The notes: generated by a model from the letters alone, not told the origin. Positions 27,363 through 38,230 are shown, counted from the stretch's first letter. The stretch is DNA of 38,798 nt from Candidatus Saccharibacteria bacterium CPR2 (GCA_021404905.1 QWHN01000002.1:143582-182379), one strand, 5' to 3'. A program made the numbers and translations.

Positions 27363-28301
27363 TTAAGCAACTGTCGCCATTTCGGTTTTCTCAGAAACAA
27401 TATAAACAGGCAAGTCACCCTTAGTTAGAGTAGCTGCAGTTGACAGGGTATAAACAAGCATAGAAAGTAAAGCTTTTTGTTTTTCGACATCATTATCAAA
27501 CGCCTGATGTGAAATATCTTCAAGCCTCCACATATCTACTGCGAATACTTGAGCATTGTTGTTTGTTATTTCTCTTACCCAACCCTGATTTACTGTCTTT
27601 CCGCGCACTGTATTGATGATAATCGCGACCTCTTTATGGGAGCCTTCAAGTTCCTTGACAATCTTGCCCTTACTTACAATTTCGTTCTTTACATCTTTAC
27701 CGCTATAATTTTCATTATTAGCGCCTTGGCTATAATTTCTAAAAGACCCTAATACATTTTTTACAATATCGTTGTCAACATCATCACCAAGTAGGGCTCT
27801 AAGAGAACCCACAATATGATCATGATATTTTCCAACATTTCTTATGATATCAGGCGCCTTATCTATTGCGCCGCAACCACAATTTTCACCATGAGCATGA
27901 TCGTCTGTGTGAGCGCCAAAATCAATACCACGCTCCATCAATAAACCGATTGAAGACTTAAAAACTTCGTTTAGCGATTCATCTTTATCATTAACTCTTC
28001 CCATACCAATTAAAGCGGCTCCCATCATTATTGCGCTTCCGCCAAAAACTTTTGCCCTATTTAAAGATCTCTTAAATTCTCCAAATCTGTTGAATACTTT
28101 TTCGGCAAATCGCCCATCACCGCAACCATCGTCGCTAGCTTCTTCATCAATATCAACTAAAACGCTGTCTGGCCGGGTCTCAACGGCATCTTTAACTGCG
28201 TCTCTTGCCTCTACGCCAACTTTTTTCGCGGAAATATCTCCTTCGCCAAAACCCAGTCCGTTTGGCGCGATTAACCGAATTGAGTATTCTTTTTGTTCCA
28301 T
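27363..28301 (-). CDS. cadmium/zeta-type carbonic anhydrase-like protein
   Basis: CGDGR, KVFGG, GAHTD, CGCGA (Cys-His-Cys metal ligands with Asp-Arg dyad). Start chosen at ATG 28301 after GGAGG. Confidence 0.6.
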   Translation of the reverse strand: MEQKEYSIRLIAPNGLGFGEGDISAKKVGVEARDAVKDAVETRPDSVLVDIDEEASDDGCGDGRFAEKVFNRFGEFKRSLNRAKVFGGSAIMMGAALIGMGRVNDKDESLNEVFKSSIGLLMERGIDFGAHTDDHAHGENCGCGAIDKAPDIIRNVGKYHDHIVGSLRALLGDDVDNDIVKNVLGSFRNYSQGANNENYSGKDVKNEIVSKGKIVKELEGSHKEVAIIINTVRGKTVNQGWVREITNNNAQVFAVDMWRLEDISHQAFDNDVEKQKALLSMLVYTLSTAATLTKGDLPVYIVSEKTEMATVA

Positions 28302-28451
28302 TTCGAAACCTCCCATTAATAGATCTGCGTCGTTACCTTTTTCCATCTTTTTCCTTTTTAACATTTATTAAACAAAGCCCTATCATAAACATAAATATAA
28401 ATAAAAACAACCTCACATTTGTGGTATTATTTCATAGAGGAGACACTATAT

Positions 28452-28814
28452 ATGCCACCACCTCACGATCATGGCGATATTGAAAGGCAAGTAGGCGCTA
28501 TTCCTCACTTTGAAGAATTACCGGAAGCAATACGGGAAAAGATCGCCCTCGCCGTGTTGAGAGAACTTGAAAAAAATAATCCCAATTTATATGAGGTGAT
28601 AAAAGGGAATATTGATGCGATTAATACTCAAATGCAAAATGAATTGCCAAGAGACGCCAATCAAAGACTAGTGGCGACAGATGACCAACTTCGTGGGATA
28701 ATAGCCAAAGCCGCCATTGCAGGAGCAGCACAAGTGTTGCACTCTGTAGGCAAGTCTCTCGCAGAGATCCATGCGCTTGAGTCTGAATATAATTTAGATT
28801 CGAAAGACGATTAG
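28452..28814 (+). CDS. hypothetical helical protein
   Basis: ATG 28452 after GAGGAG SD; no motif recognised. Confidence 0.6.
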   Translation: MPPPHDHGDIERQVGAIPHFEELPEAIREKIALAVLRELEKNNPNLYEVIKGNIDAINTQMQNELPRDANQRLVATDDQLRGIIAKAAIAGAAQVLHSVGKSLAEIHALESEYNLDSKDD

Positions 28815-28819
28815 TTTCT

Positions 28820-29242
28820 CTAGTGGCGGCGTTTTTTAATACTTGCTACTTTTAGTTTCGCATGGTGAATCTCGATTAGGTTTTGAGCCTTTTCAAAAGA
28901 AACTTGATCTTTTGCTTCTTTTTTCATTTTTTTTGCGAGTTTTAATGCTTCTTCAATTTCCTTGTGAACCAGCTCACCGGAATGGGTCGCTTCATCCGCG
29001 AGCAATCTGACTCTTCGTTTATTAACCTCGACCACACCGCCGTTTATAGCAAAGTGTTCCATTTTATTATCTGGATCCTGCTTTGAGTGGCGTACGCTCA
29101 CAATACCCGGAACTGTAGTGGCAACAAGTGGGGCGTGATTTTCAAATACTCCAATTTGCCCGTCCGCAGTAGGTATTATCACCTCATATACATCTTCGTC
29201 GAATTTAATCCCGCTCAGAGTTACGAGTTCAAAAGTTAGCAT
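28820..29242 (-). CDS. atpC: ATP synthase F1 epsilon subunit
   Basis: PT.DG.IGV..NHAPL, GG.VEV, LLAD.A; operon position. Confidence 0.95.
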   Translation of the reverse strand: MLTFELVTLSGIKFDEDVYEVIIPTADGQIGVFENHAPLVATTVPGIVSVRHSKQDPDNKMEHFAINGGVVEVNKRRVRLLADEATHSGELVHKEIEEALKLAKKMKKEAKDQVSFEKAQNLIEIHHAKLKVASIKKRRH

Positions 29243-29263
29243 TGTTTTAAGCCCCTGGTTTGA

Positions 29264-30779
<1,516 letters not shown>

Positions 30780-30789
30780 CTATAAAATT

Positions 30790-30851
30790 CTCAACTTCTA
30801 ATTGTCTTTTCTAACATCTATACTCCATACGTACTACTCCATACTTAATAC
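30790..30851. repeat. one-armed degenerate heptamer array (atpG-atpD)
   Basis: TCTAATT...TCTAACA TCTATAC TCCATAC GTACTAC TCCATAC TTAATAC; TCTATAC is the reverse complement of the GTATAGA variant at 37230. Confidence 0.65.
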
Positions 30852-31720
30852 TACGCGCCTACGGCGCTTGCGCCTCCAGTTATTTCCGCTAACTCCTGAG
30901 TAATGGCCGCTTGGCGAGCGCTGTTAAACTCCAGCGTTAAATCATCTATAAGCTCCGACGCGTTATCGGTCGCATTTTTCATCGCCAGCATGCGCATTGA
31001 GTGTTCTGACGCGCCGGCTTCTAAAAATGTTTGATGAAGCTGGGCTTCTATGAGCCGCGGAGTTACGTTGTCGAGTACGGCTTGAGGTGAAGGTTCGAAT
31101 ATGGCGTCTCCCAAATCTTTACGAAGCTCAGTTTCTTCAAAAGCAGCCGGTAGAATTCTTTGGACGATCGCTTCCTGTTTAATGCTCGAGTAAAAATGGG
31201 TATAAAGAACGTCCACGGCATCAATTTCTTTATTTACAAACATCTCAATAGTGTTCATGACAATGGGCTTAATGTCGTCAATACTAGGTACGTCTGGAAA
31301 ATCCTCATAAATTCCAATGTTTTTTATTCCAGCTAATTTACTGACGAATCGCGAACCTTTTTTGCCTATAACAATTACGAATTGACCAATTTCATTTGAT
31401 TTATCTTCATTTAAAAGATGGGTGAATTTCTTCAGCAAATTCGCGTTATACGCACCAGCCAAGCCCTTGTCGCTCGTAATTAAAATATAGAGCTTAGATT
31501 TAACGTTTCTTTTTTTATAAAGCGGGTGTTTCGATACATCAGTAAGAGTCTTGACGTTGGTTAAAATTTCCCTTGCGGTCGTGCTAAACGCGCGAGATTT
31601 TAGAGTTGCTTCCTGAGCTCGGCGCATTTTTGAGGCCGCTACCATTTCCATAGCTTTGGTAATCTGCTTGGTGCTGCGCACACTACGGATTCTTCTTTTT
31701 ATTAGTTGGGTGCTAGCCAC
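30851..31720 (-). CDS. atpG: ATP synthase F1 gamma subunit
   Basis: QITKAMEMVAASK, SDKGLAG.YN, SEH..RM.AM..ATDNA, RQA.ITQE. Start is GTG 31720; the ORF-track extension is translated repeat. Confidence 0.98.
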   Translation of the reverse strand: MASTQLIKRRIRSVRSTKQITKAMEMVAASKMRRAQEATLKSRAFSTTAREILTNVKTLTDVSKHPLYKKRNVKSKLYILITSDKGLAGAYNANLLKKFTHLLNEDKSNEIGQFVIVIGKKGSRFVSKLAGIKNIGIYEDFPDVPSIDDIKPIVMNTIEMFVNKEIDAVDVLYTHFYSSIKQEAIVQRILPAAFEETELRKDLGDAIFEPSPQAVLDNVTPRLIEAQLHQTFLEAGASEHSMRMLAMKNATDNASELIDDLTLEFNSARQAAITQELAEITGGASAVGA

Positions 31721-31739
31721 AACGAAACTCCGTTTCGTT
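31721..31739 (-). promoter_or_regulatory. hairpin over the atpG ribosome-binding site
   Basis: mRNA AACGAAAC-GGA-GUUUCGUU-GUG: perfect 8-bp stem containing GGAG directly before the start codon. Confidence 0.65.
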
Positions 31740-31742
31740 AGG

Positions 31743-31807
31743 AAATAGGAAATAGGAAATAGGAATTGGTGTTTTTTCAACTAATTGCCAATTTCTGGTT
31801 TCCAGAT
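31743..31807. repeat. inverted heptamer-array element, copy 3 (atpA-atpG)
   Basis: AAATAGG x3, AATTGGT, core GTTTTTTCA, then ACTAATT GCCAATT TCTGGTT TCCAGAT. Confidence 0.88.
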
Positions 31808-31819
31808 TCTGCATAAGCA

Positions 31820-33364
31820 TTATGTTTTCTCCTCAGTGCGTGTATATCCCTTCGCAACCTGATTTGCTACTTTTCTGACCAGTTCCTGGATTTTTTCGCT
31901 AGGCTTATCGCCTCGATTGAGCTCTTTCATCAAATCTTTGTGCTCGGTTTTTAGGACCTGGAGAAGTTCGTTTTGCATTTTCTTAACGTTCTCCAGGGGA
32001 ACTTCATCAAACGCGCCTTCTGAAGCAGCAGTTAAAACCGCGACCTGCGACCAGATGCTGTACGGGCTGTATTGAGGCTGCTTAAGGATTTCCGTAAGTC
32101 TTTGCCCGCGTTCGATGCGAGCCTTAGTTTCTGCGTCTAGGTCCGTTGCGAATTGCGCGAAAGCTGCGAGTTCCCGGAATTGAGCCAGATCTAGACGTAA
32201 ACTACCAGCAACATTTTTTATGGCTTTAGTCTGAGCCGAACCGCCGACGCGTGATACTGATAATCCAACGCTGATAGCCGGCCGGATCCCTTGATAGAAC
32301 AGATCTGTTTCAAGGAAAATTTGGCCATCGGTGATAGAAATAACATTCGTCGGAATATATGCGGAAACGTCTCCGGCCTGAGTCTCAATAATCGGCAGAG
32401 CCGTGAGAGATCCACCGCCTTTTTCATCAGACATTTTCGCAGCTCGTTCAAGCAAGCGAGAATGCAGATAAAATACATCCCCCGGATAGGCTTCGCGTCC
32501 GGGCGGACGTCGAAGCAGCAATGACATTTGTCGGTAGGCAACAGCGTGCTTAGATAAATCGTCGTGAATAATCAAGGCGTGCTCGCCGTTATCTCGAAAA
32601 TATTCGCCCATGGCCGTGCCGGAGTATGGGGCAAGATATTGCAGCGAGGCAGGGTCGGAAGCTGAAGTCGCGACAATAATGGTTTGATCCATAACACCTT
32701 CTTGCTTTAATTTTTCAACCAGCCGCGCGATCTTTGACAGTTTTTGGCCAACAGCTACATAAATGTTAATAACACCGGTTTTTGATTTATGCTGATTGAT
32801 CATGGTGTCAATCGCGATGGCAGTTTTTCCGGTTTGACGATCGCCAATTATTAATTCTCTTTGCCCTCGGCCAATTGGAACCATAGTATCAATTGCCATA
32901 ATTCCAGTCATCAACGGCTCATGAACCGACTTTCTGTCTAAAACCCCAGGCGCTGGTTTTTCTATTAAGCCCGTATGTTTTGTTTTTATCGGACCTTTGT
33001 TGTCAAGCGGCTGTCCAAGTGGATCAACCACGCGTCCAACTAGCTCGGGGCCAACAGGGATTTCCAGAACTTTGCCGGTTAAGCGCGCTTTTGCACCGGC
33101 TTTGACGTTAACGTCGCTGCCGAGCAAGACGGCGCCAATCTCGTCTTCCATCAAGTTAAGCGCGAAAGCAGTAACTTTTGAGCCGTCTTCAGCGTCAACT
33201 TCAATCATTTCGTTATAACCACACTCGCTCAGTCCGTAAATCCAGGCAATTCCGTCTCCAACGCGAGTAACAATGCCAACTTTTTTAACTTCGACGGACT
33301 GTTTTAAACCAGAAATTGCATCTTTGAGCTCTTTAGAAAGTTCTTTAATTGAAATATCGGTCAT
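31820..33364 (-). CDS. atpA: ATP synthase F1 alpha subunit
   Basis: [35 protein letters not shown]. Confidence 0.99.
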   Translation of the reverse strand: MTDISIKELSKELKDAISGLKQSVEVKKVGIVTRVGDGIAWIYGLSECGYNEMIEVDAEDGSKVTAFALNLMEDEIGAVLLGSDVNVKAGAKARLTGKVLEIPVGPELVGRVVDPLGQPLDNKGPIKTKHTGLIEKPAPGVLDRKSVHEPLMTGIMAIDTMVPIGRGQRELIIGDRQTGKTAIAIDTMINQHKSKTGVINIYVAVGQKLSKIARLVEKLKQEGVMDQTIIVATSASDPASLQYLAPYSGTAMGEYFRDNGEHALIIHDDLSKHAVAYRQMSLLLRRPPGREAYPGDVFYLHSRLLERAAKMSDEKGGGSLTALPIIETQAGDVSAYIPTNVISITDGQIFLETDLFYQGIRPAISVGLSVSRVGGSAQTKAIKNVAGSLRLDLAQFRELAAFAQFATDLDAETKARIERGQRLTEILKQPQYSPYSIWSQVAVLTAASEGAFDEVPLENVKKMQNELLQVLKTEHKDLMKELNRGDKPSEKIQELVRKVANQVAKGYTRTEEKT

Positions 33365-33807
33365 TTTATTCCTCCTGTTTCTTGATATTCATAATTAATC
33401 TGGTCCTGTAACTGAGAAAACCTAAAGCTTTTCAAGGCATTGTTTAGCGAGATGTCTATCTCCAGTTCGGGCGAGCGAACTGTTACTCCACCCAATAAGT
33501 TTTCATCAATTTCCTCATGTAAAATTACGTTTTTAGTGCCGGTTTCTTTAATGATCAGCTCTTTGATCTGTCTTTTTAAACTGACCGATAGAGGAAAGCG
33601 CGATTTTACGCTTGCCTGAATGCTGCCAGTTATTTTCTCAAGCTCCAAGGCAATATCGTTTATAAATACGTCTAATTTGTCCGTTAATTTTTCTTCAACG
33701 ATGTAGGCCGCAAGCATCTTGATGATTTCTTGCCTTTCGCTAGAGTTTGAGGAATTTAGCTTTATGGCAATTTCTTTTGCCAAACTTTTTCGTGATAACA
33801 ACTTCAT
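33361..33807 (-). CDS. atpH: ATP synthase delta subunit (short form)
   Basis: C-terminal D..LLGG......ID.S motif; lies between atpF and atpA with 4-nt overlaps. Confidence 0.85.
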   Translation of the reverse strand: MKLLSRKSLAKEIAIKLNSSNSSERQEIIKMLAAYIVEEKLTDKLDVFINDIALELEKITGSIQASVKSRFPLSVSLKRQIKELIIKETGTKNVILHEEIDENLLGGVTVRSPELEIDISLNNALKSFRFSQLQDQINYEYQETGGIK

Positions 33808-34331
33808 AATCTGCCCTCAATGGCGCTTTTGATTAATTTTTCGTCTTTTTTTTCGTCGAGTTTTTCATGAATTAACTGTTCAGTTGCCTGGACCACTAAA
33901 GATCTGACTTCATTTTTCAACTCTAACTTTGCTTTTTCGACATCATTTTCTATACGTTTCTTGGCATCGCCAATCATGGTTTCAGTCTTTGATGTTGCGG
34001 CGTCTTCAGCCTGCTTTACAATAGCACCGGCTTCTTCATGGGCCCTTGCGAGTACTGAATCTGCTTCTTTTCGAGCTGATTGTAAAATTTTCTCCTGTTC
34101 TTGAACGGCTTGCTCGCTGGCTTTAGCAGCTTTCTCGGCATTGGCAAGCCCCTCGTTGATCGTATCTTCCCGATCTTTTAAGCTTTTTACGATTTTATCC
34201 AGGGCAAATTTTCTAATCAGTACGAAAAGAATAACGAACGTGCCCGCCTGAAAAAGAATCGCTTTTGGATCAATACCAAGAGCAGATACACCTTTCTCTT
34301 CTGCAGCAAATATTAACAGTGACGTAAACAC
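33804..34331 (-). CDS. atpF: ATP synthase Fo b subunit
   Basis: N-terminal TM then long coiled coil; operon position. Confidence 0.95.
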   Translation of the reverse strand: MFTSLLIFAAEEKGVSALGIDPKAILFQAGTFVILFVLIRKFALDKIVKSLKDREDTINEGLANAEKAAKASEQAVQEQEKILQSARKEADSVLARAHEEAGAIVKQAEDAATSKTETMIGDAKKRIENDVEKAKLELKNEVRSLVVQATEQLIHEKLDEKKDEKLIKSAIEGRL

Positions 34332-34350
34332 GTTCGCTCCTTATCTTTTT

Positions 34351-34626
34351 TTAAATGAGGAATATTGCGCCGATTGTCAGTAGCGCTGTTACCTCAACCA
34401 TAGCTGCGATAATAATTATTTGTCCCGCGGCCTTGCCAGCTTCAGGGTTTCTACCTAAAGCTTTCATGTAGTTACTGCCGATCATGCCAAGCGAAAACGC
34501 GGCTAACGCCATGGCGACAGCAACCATGATTGCTTTGCCAAATTCAGGCTGCCACGGAGCAGCTTGAGTTGCGGCTTCCGCAGCTTGTGCGCCTTCAGCA
34601 GCAAATGTTGTTAGTGTTGAAATCAT
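34351..34626 (-). CDS. atpE: ATP synthase Fo c subunit
   Basis: Two TM helices, RNPE loop, conserved Glu (MVEVT). Confidence 0.95.
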   Translation of the reverse strand: MISTLTTFAAEGAQAAEAATQAAPWQPEFGKAIMVAVAMALAAFSLGMIGSNYMKALGRNPEAGKAAGQIIIIAAMVEVTALLTIGAIFLI

Positions 34627-34669
34627 ATTTTTTCTCCCTTTCTAATTTTGGATACTTTTTATTGATTTC

Positions 34670-35515
34670 CTACCCATTGGCGAGCTCCTCGACCATTAGC
34701 CCGGTTTGTGATTGTGAGTAGCTAAATTGTTCTTCAGTTTGGTGCTCGTGTTCGGAATGCGCAGTTGCCAACGCCAAGTAAGTAGCTGAGAGCACCGTAA
34801 ATACATAAGCTTGAATAAACGCGACCAAAATCTCAAAAACCATGATGGGCAAAAGAGTAAACGTTGCCGCATTAGCTCCGATAAACGCAAAAATTGCAAT
34901 TAAAATATCTCCCATGGCAGTGTTGAAAAACAATCGCAGCGATAAACTTATAACACGTGTCAGCTCGCCAAATACCTCCAGCAACCCTATGAAGAAATTC
35001 AGCGGGTTCAGTGGTTTGTCGCTAAAATAATGTTTAAGGTGGCCTTTTAACCCAGATTCTTTGATTGAAAAATATTGAACCAGAATAATAGCGCTAAGCG
35101 CTAAGGCCAGGGTTGCATTTAAATCGGCAGTAAATGGCCTGAAGAGGGGAGATCCGTTATGAGTCACACCCTCACCAACAAGCGGGAATAAACCAGCCAA
35201 GTAACTAATGACTATAAAAACAAAATACGCTCCAAAAACTGGGGCGTATTTGTAGGCTTTGCGGCGACTGCCCATAATTTCAGCTAGCAGATTAATGACA
35301 AATTCCATTCCCATTTCAAACAATCTGGTGATACCTCTTGCTGGTTTAATGCCAGCACTTTTACCAGCTATAACGCCAAGAATAATAATAGCAACAGCAA
35401 TAATAACACCGTAAAGCATGGAATTTGTAATATTTAAAGAACCGATGGTAAAAACAGGCTCAGCCTTAAGGCTAATATGAGGACCATCCGTTGACGCTAA
35501 AACTAACCAACTCAT
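34670..35515 (-). CDS. atpB: ATP synthase Fo a subunit
   Basis: RPFTADLN, SLSLRLFFN, IQAYVF..L...Y. Confidence 0.97.
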   Translation of the reverse strand: MSWLVLASTDGPHISLKAEPVFTIGSLNITNSMLYGVIIAVAIIILGVIAGKSAGIKPARGITRLFEMGMEFVINLLAEIMGSRRKAYKYAPVFGAYFVFIVISYLAGLFPLVGEGVTHNGSPLFRPFTADLNATLALALSAIILVQYFSIKESGLKGHLKHYFSDKPLNPLNFFIGLLEVFGELTRVISLSLRLFFNTAMGDILIAIFAFIGANAATFTLLPIMVFEILVAFIQAYVFTVLSATYLALATAHSEHEHQTEEQFSYSQSQTGLMVEELANG

Positions 35516-35805
35516 TTCTTCGTCCTGTTCTTATTAAAACTTTCTGGAAAATATTGCTGGGAATATCGATAGACAATTGTCAATGACACAAATGACGAGA
35601 AAATCATACTCAAAAACAGTATTTTGCCATTTCCGGACAGCGTTTTATCAAGAAAGCTAGCTGGTAACCCAAGCAAAATAAATGATAAAGCCACTCGCCA
35701 GGAAGCTTCCGCAAGATGCCTTTCCATACCACGACTTAACAACACACCCGAATGGTGCGGCTCATTATTCTTTGGAGTCGATTTTGATTTTCCCTTACTC
35801 TTCAT
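35512..35805 (-). CDS. AtpZ/AtpI-like membrane protein
   Basis: Two TM helices with FLD.. motif; first gene of the atp operon, overlaps atpB start by 4 nt. Confidence 0.6.
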   Translation of the reverse strand: MKSKGKSKSTPKNNEPHHSGVLLSRGMERHLAEASWRVALSFILLGLPASFLDKTLSGNGKILFLSMIFSSFVSLTIVYRYSQQYFPESFNKNRTKK

Positions 35806-35882
35806 CTACCAAGCAGAATGTTACCAGTAGTGACATATACATGCAAGGGTTATTTATTTTTGTTGGCAATAGGTAGTGATAT

Positions 35883-35927
35883 TTGACAATACCAACCAGA
35901 CTGCTATAATTTAAGTGTTTACTTAAA
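35883..35927 (+). promoter_or_regulatory. consensus promoter plus ArsR-type operator
   Basis: TTGACA-N16-TATAAT with extended TGn, followed by inverted repeat TTTAAGT-GTTT-ACTTAAA (35910-35927). Confidence 0.75.
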
Positions 35928-35936
35928 CTTTATCAG

Positions 35937-36242
35937 ATGCCTCTGAAATTAAATCAGACTTCAAAATTCATCGTCCAAGCTTTTAATGCCCTTGGCGATG
36001 AGACACGTTTCAAAATTCTTCAGGTTTTATCCAGTTCCAATGAAATATGTGTTTCTCAGATTGCGAAGTCACTGGGGATCACTACAGCCGGCACGTCTCA
36101 ACATTTAAAAATACTGGAACAAGCCGGACTAATTGAACGACAAAGAATGGGGCAAAGAACTTGTTATATCATCAAACCATCGCGCAAAATACACCAGGAA
36201 ATAATTAATGTAACTTTAAAGGTAAAGGATTCTAATGAGTAA
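35937..36242 (+). CDS. ArsR/SmtB-family regulator
   Basis: F.ALGDETR..IL, EICV..IA, SQHLKIL..AGLI, R.G....Y. Confidence 0.93.
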   Translation: MPLKLNQTSKFIVQAFNALGDETRFKILQVLSSSNEICVSQIAKSLGITTAGTSQHLKILEQAGLIERQRMGQRTCYIIKPSRKIHQEIINVTLKVKDSNE

Positions 36243-36474
36243 TGTAATTGTTTACACCAGCCCAACATGCGGTTTTTGTCATATGGCAAAAGAATATTTA
36301 AAATCAAAGGGTATCGGTTTTACCGAAAAAGACGTCACGACTGATAAAACCGCGTACCAAGAAATTCTAGACAAATCGGGCCAACTTGGTGTTCCCGTAC
36401 TTGATATTGGCGGGAAAATAGTGGTCGGATTTGATAAATTTCGGATTGATTCTTTGCTTAACGATAACGATTAA
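36235..36474 (+). CDS. glutaredoxin-like protein (NrdH/YruB type)
   Basis: YT.P.CGFC, SGQ.GVPV, VGFD. Confidence 0.92.
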   Translation: MSNVIVYTSPTCGFCHMAKEYLKSKGIGFTEKDVTTDKTAYQEILDKSGQLGVPVLDIGGKIVVGFDKFRIDSLLNDND

Positions 36475-36518
36475 ATTTTTTAACTATTCGCTTTTGCTTT
36501 AGTGTTATAATTTCAGGC

Positions 36519-36737
36519 ATGATAAGCGAGTTGATAATTATAGGTGATATTTTTGAGGTCATCGGTACTGTTTTAATTGCTTATATGGCCTTGGCGGTCC
36601 ATGAGCAAGTCAGACATGAACAAAAAATCGACCGCAAGGTTTTTGGTGTAATACGCCAGGAAAAGGTATTGGCGTATACGGGTATGATACTTATCGTAGG
36701 CGGCTTCTTGCTGCGCGTCGCTGGCGGAGCATACTAG
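36519..36737 (+). CDS. small two-TM membrane protein
   Basis: Two hydrophobic segments; TGnTATAAT 7 nt upstream of ATG. Confidence 0.65.
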   Translation: MISELIIIGDIFEVIGTVLIAYMALAVHEQVRHEQKIDRKVFGVIRQEKVLAYTGMILIVGGFLLRVAGGAY

Positions 36738-36822
36738 GCGCATGCGTTAATTTTCAGTTCTCAATTTTCAAATCCATAGGTTTGGTTTGGATGGAATTGC
36801 ATCTATAGATTAAACTTAGCTT

Positions 36823-37179
36823 ATGTTAAGCGCGCGCAACCGTTTTTTTGGCCAAAAGGGCATAAAGAGAGTTCTCAAATATGGAAAAATTTCTAGAGGA
36901 CGTTTTTTGTCTATAAAGACGATCGAAAACAATCGTCGAAGTGGATCCCGAGTGGCAGTTGTGGTCAGCAAAAAAGTGTCTAAAAAAGCCGTTGTCAGAA
37001 ACAGAATTAGACGGCGGATTTATGAAATTTTTCGAAAGAACTGGGATAAAATTGAGCCGAATAAAGACATCGTTGTTTTGGTGTACGATGAAAAAACCGC
37101 GATTCTACCGCACGTAGAGCTCGAAACATCCATTCTACAATTAGCAGAAAAAGCCAAGCTACTGACGAATAGAAATTAG
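36823..37179 (+). CDS. rnpA: ribonuclease P protein component
   Basis: VSKKV.KKAVVRNRIRRR (RNR motif). Confidence 0.95.
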   Translation: MLSARNRFFGQKGIKRVLKYGKISRGRFLSIKTIENNRRSGSRVAVVVSKKVSKKAVVRNRIRRRIYEIFRKNWDKIEPNKDIVVLVYDEKTAILPHVELETSILQLAEKAKLLTNRN

Positions 37180-37346
37180 GAGATAGGAATTGGGAATTGG
37201 GAATTGGGAATTGGGAATTGGGAAATAGAGTATAGAGTATAGAAATTAGAAAACAGCAATTGGGAAATAGAAAATAGTATATTTTTAAAAACTAATTCCT
37301 ATTTTCTAATTGCTAGTTGCCAATTGCTATTTCCTAACACCTATAC
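37167..37346. repeat. inverted heptamer-array element, copy 4 (rnpA-cobO)
   Basis: 16 in-phase units (AATTGGG x5 in tandem, GTATAGA x2, others) at 37167-37278, core ATATTTTTAAAA, 8 reverse units at 37291-37346; the rnpA stop lies within a unit. Confidence 0.93.
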
Positions 37347-37360
37347 GTTATACTAACCTT

Positions 37361-37933
37361 ATGGGAGTTTTTGACGATTATAAACAAAAAGACAGCGTGG
37401 TGGTCGTTTACACGGGTGAGGGCAAAGGCAAAACCAGCGCAAGCCTTGGATTAATGGCCCGGGCACTGGGCAATGGATGGCGTGTGGCTTATGTGCAATT
37501 TATAAAACACTGGGAAGTAGGAGAACACAAGTTTTTGCGCGATATTAGTGATATTTATAAAAATAAATTAGTTTTTTATAAAGGTGGCGCCGGGTTCTAT
37601 AAAGCGGGCAGTTTAAGTGCGAAAAATATTTCAGACAAAACCCATAGAGATCTTGCCAAAAAAACTTACCAGCGCGCGCTTAAATATGCGTCTTCCGGAA
37701 AATTTGATTTGTTAGTTTGCGATGAAATTAATAATGCCATCCATGATGGTTTGCTAGAGATGGCTCTTTTGGAACATTTAATTAATTCTCGTCATCAAAA
37801 AACCAGTCTTTGTTTAACAGGTCGTAACTTCCCCGAAAAACTAATTGATCTTACTGATATTGCTACCAATATGACCAAAGTCAAACACCATTTTGACGAT
37901 AAATATTTGGCAAACAAAGGCATAGACTATTGA
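37361..37933 (+). CDS. cobO: cob(I)alamin adenosyltransferase (CobO/BtuR family)
   Basis: YTGEGKGKT, QFIK, DEI, LTGR, GIDY end. Start revised to ATG 37361. Confidence 0.88.
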   Translation: MGVFDDYKQKDSVVVVYTGEGKGKTSASLGLMARALGNGWRVAYVQFIKHWEVGEHKFLRDISDIYKNKLVFYKGGAGFYKAGSLSAKNISDKTHRDLAKKTYQRALKYASSGKFDLLVCDEINNAIHDGLLEMALLEHLINSRHQKTSLCLTGRNFPEKLIDLTDIATNMTKVKHHFDDKYLANKGIDY

Positions 37934-37975
37934 TGCTAGCAAATGGACATTCCTTGGCGTAAGCACATTAGTGCT

Positions 37976-38004
37976 TTGATGTATTGATGCGTTTATGCTA
38001 TTCT
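37976..38004 (+). promoter_or_regulatory. promoter of the TA operon
   Basis: TTGATG-N17-TATTCT with TGn; TTGATG direct repeat could be the antitoxin operator. Confidence 0.5.
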
Positions 38005-38010
38005 GGAGTT

Positions 38011-38229
38011 ATGAGAACTACAATCACACTCAACGATAAGCTATATAAAACTTTAAAAGTGCAAGCGGCTGCTAGCGGTGAATCTTTGTCCACACTGATT
38101 GAAGAAGCCATCAAGCATCAGCTACTTGAAGACATTGAAGATTTGCAGGATATAAAAGACCGCGAGAACGATCCAACTTTTCTATTCGATGACTTGGTAA
38201 AAGAATTCAAAAAAGAGGGGCTGCTTTAA
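38011..38229 (+). CDS. ribbon-helix-helix antitoxin
   Basis: MRTTITLND.LY..LK..A...G.S.S.LIEEA, acidic C-terminus, upstream of RelE-like toxin. Confidence 0.85.
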   Translation: MRTTITLNDKLYKTLKVQAAASGESLSTLIEEAIKHQLLEDIEDLQDIKDRENDPTFLFDDLVKEFKKEGLL

Positions 38230-38230
38230 C

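Noticed and set aside
31721-31780. ORF-track N-terminal extension of atpG (also cobO 37310-37360 and crtI 2857-2913)
   Set aside because: These are translated repeat or overlap sequence; homology and start signals begin at 31720, 37361 and 2856.
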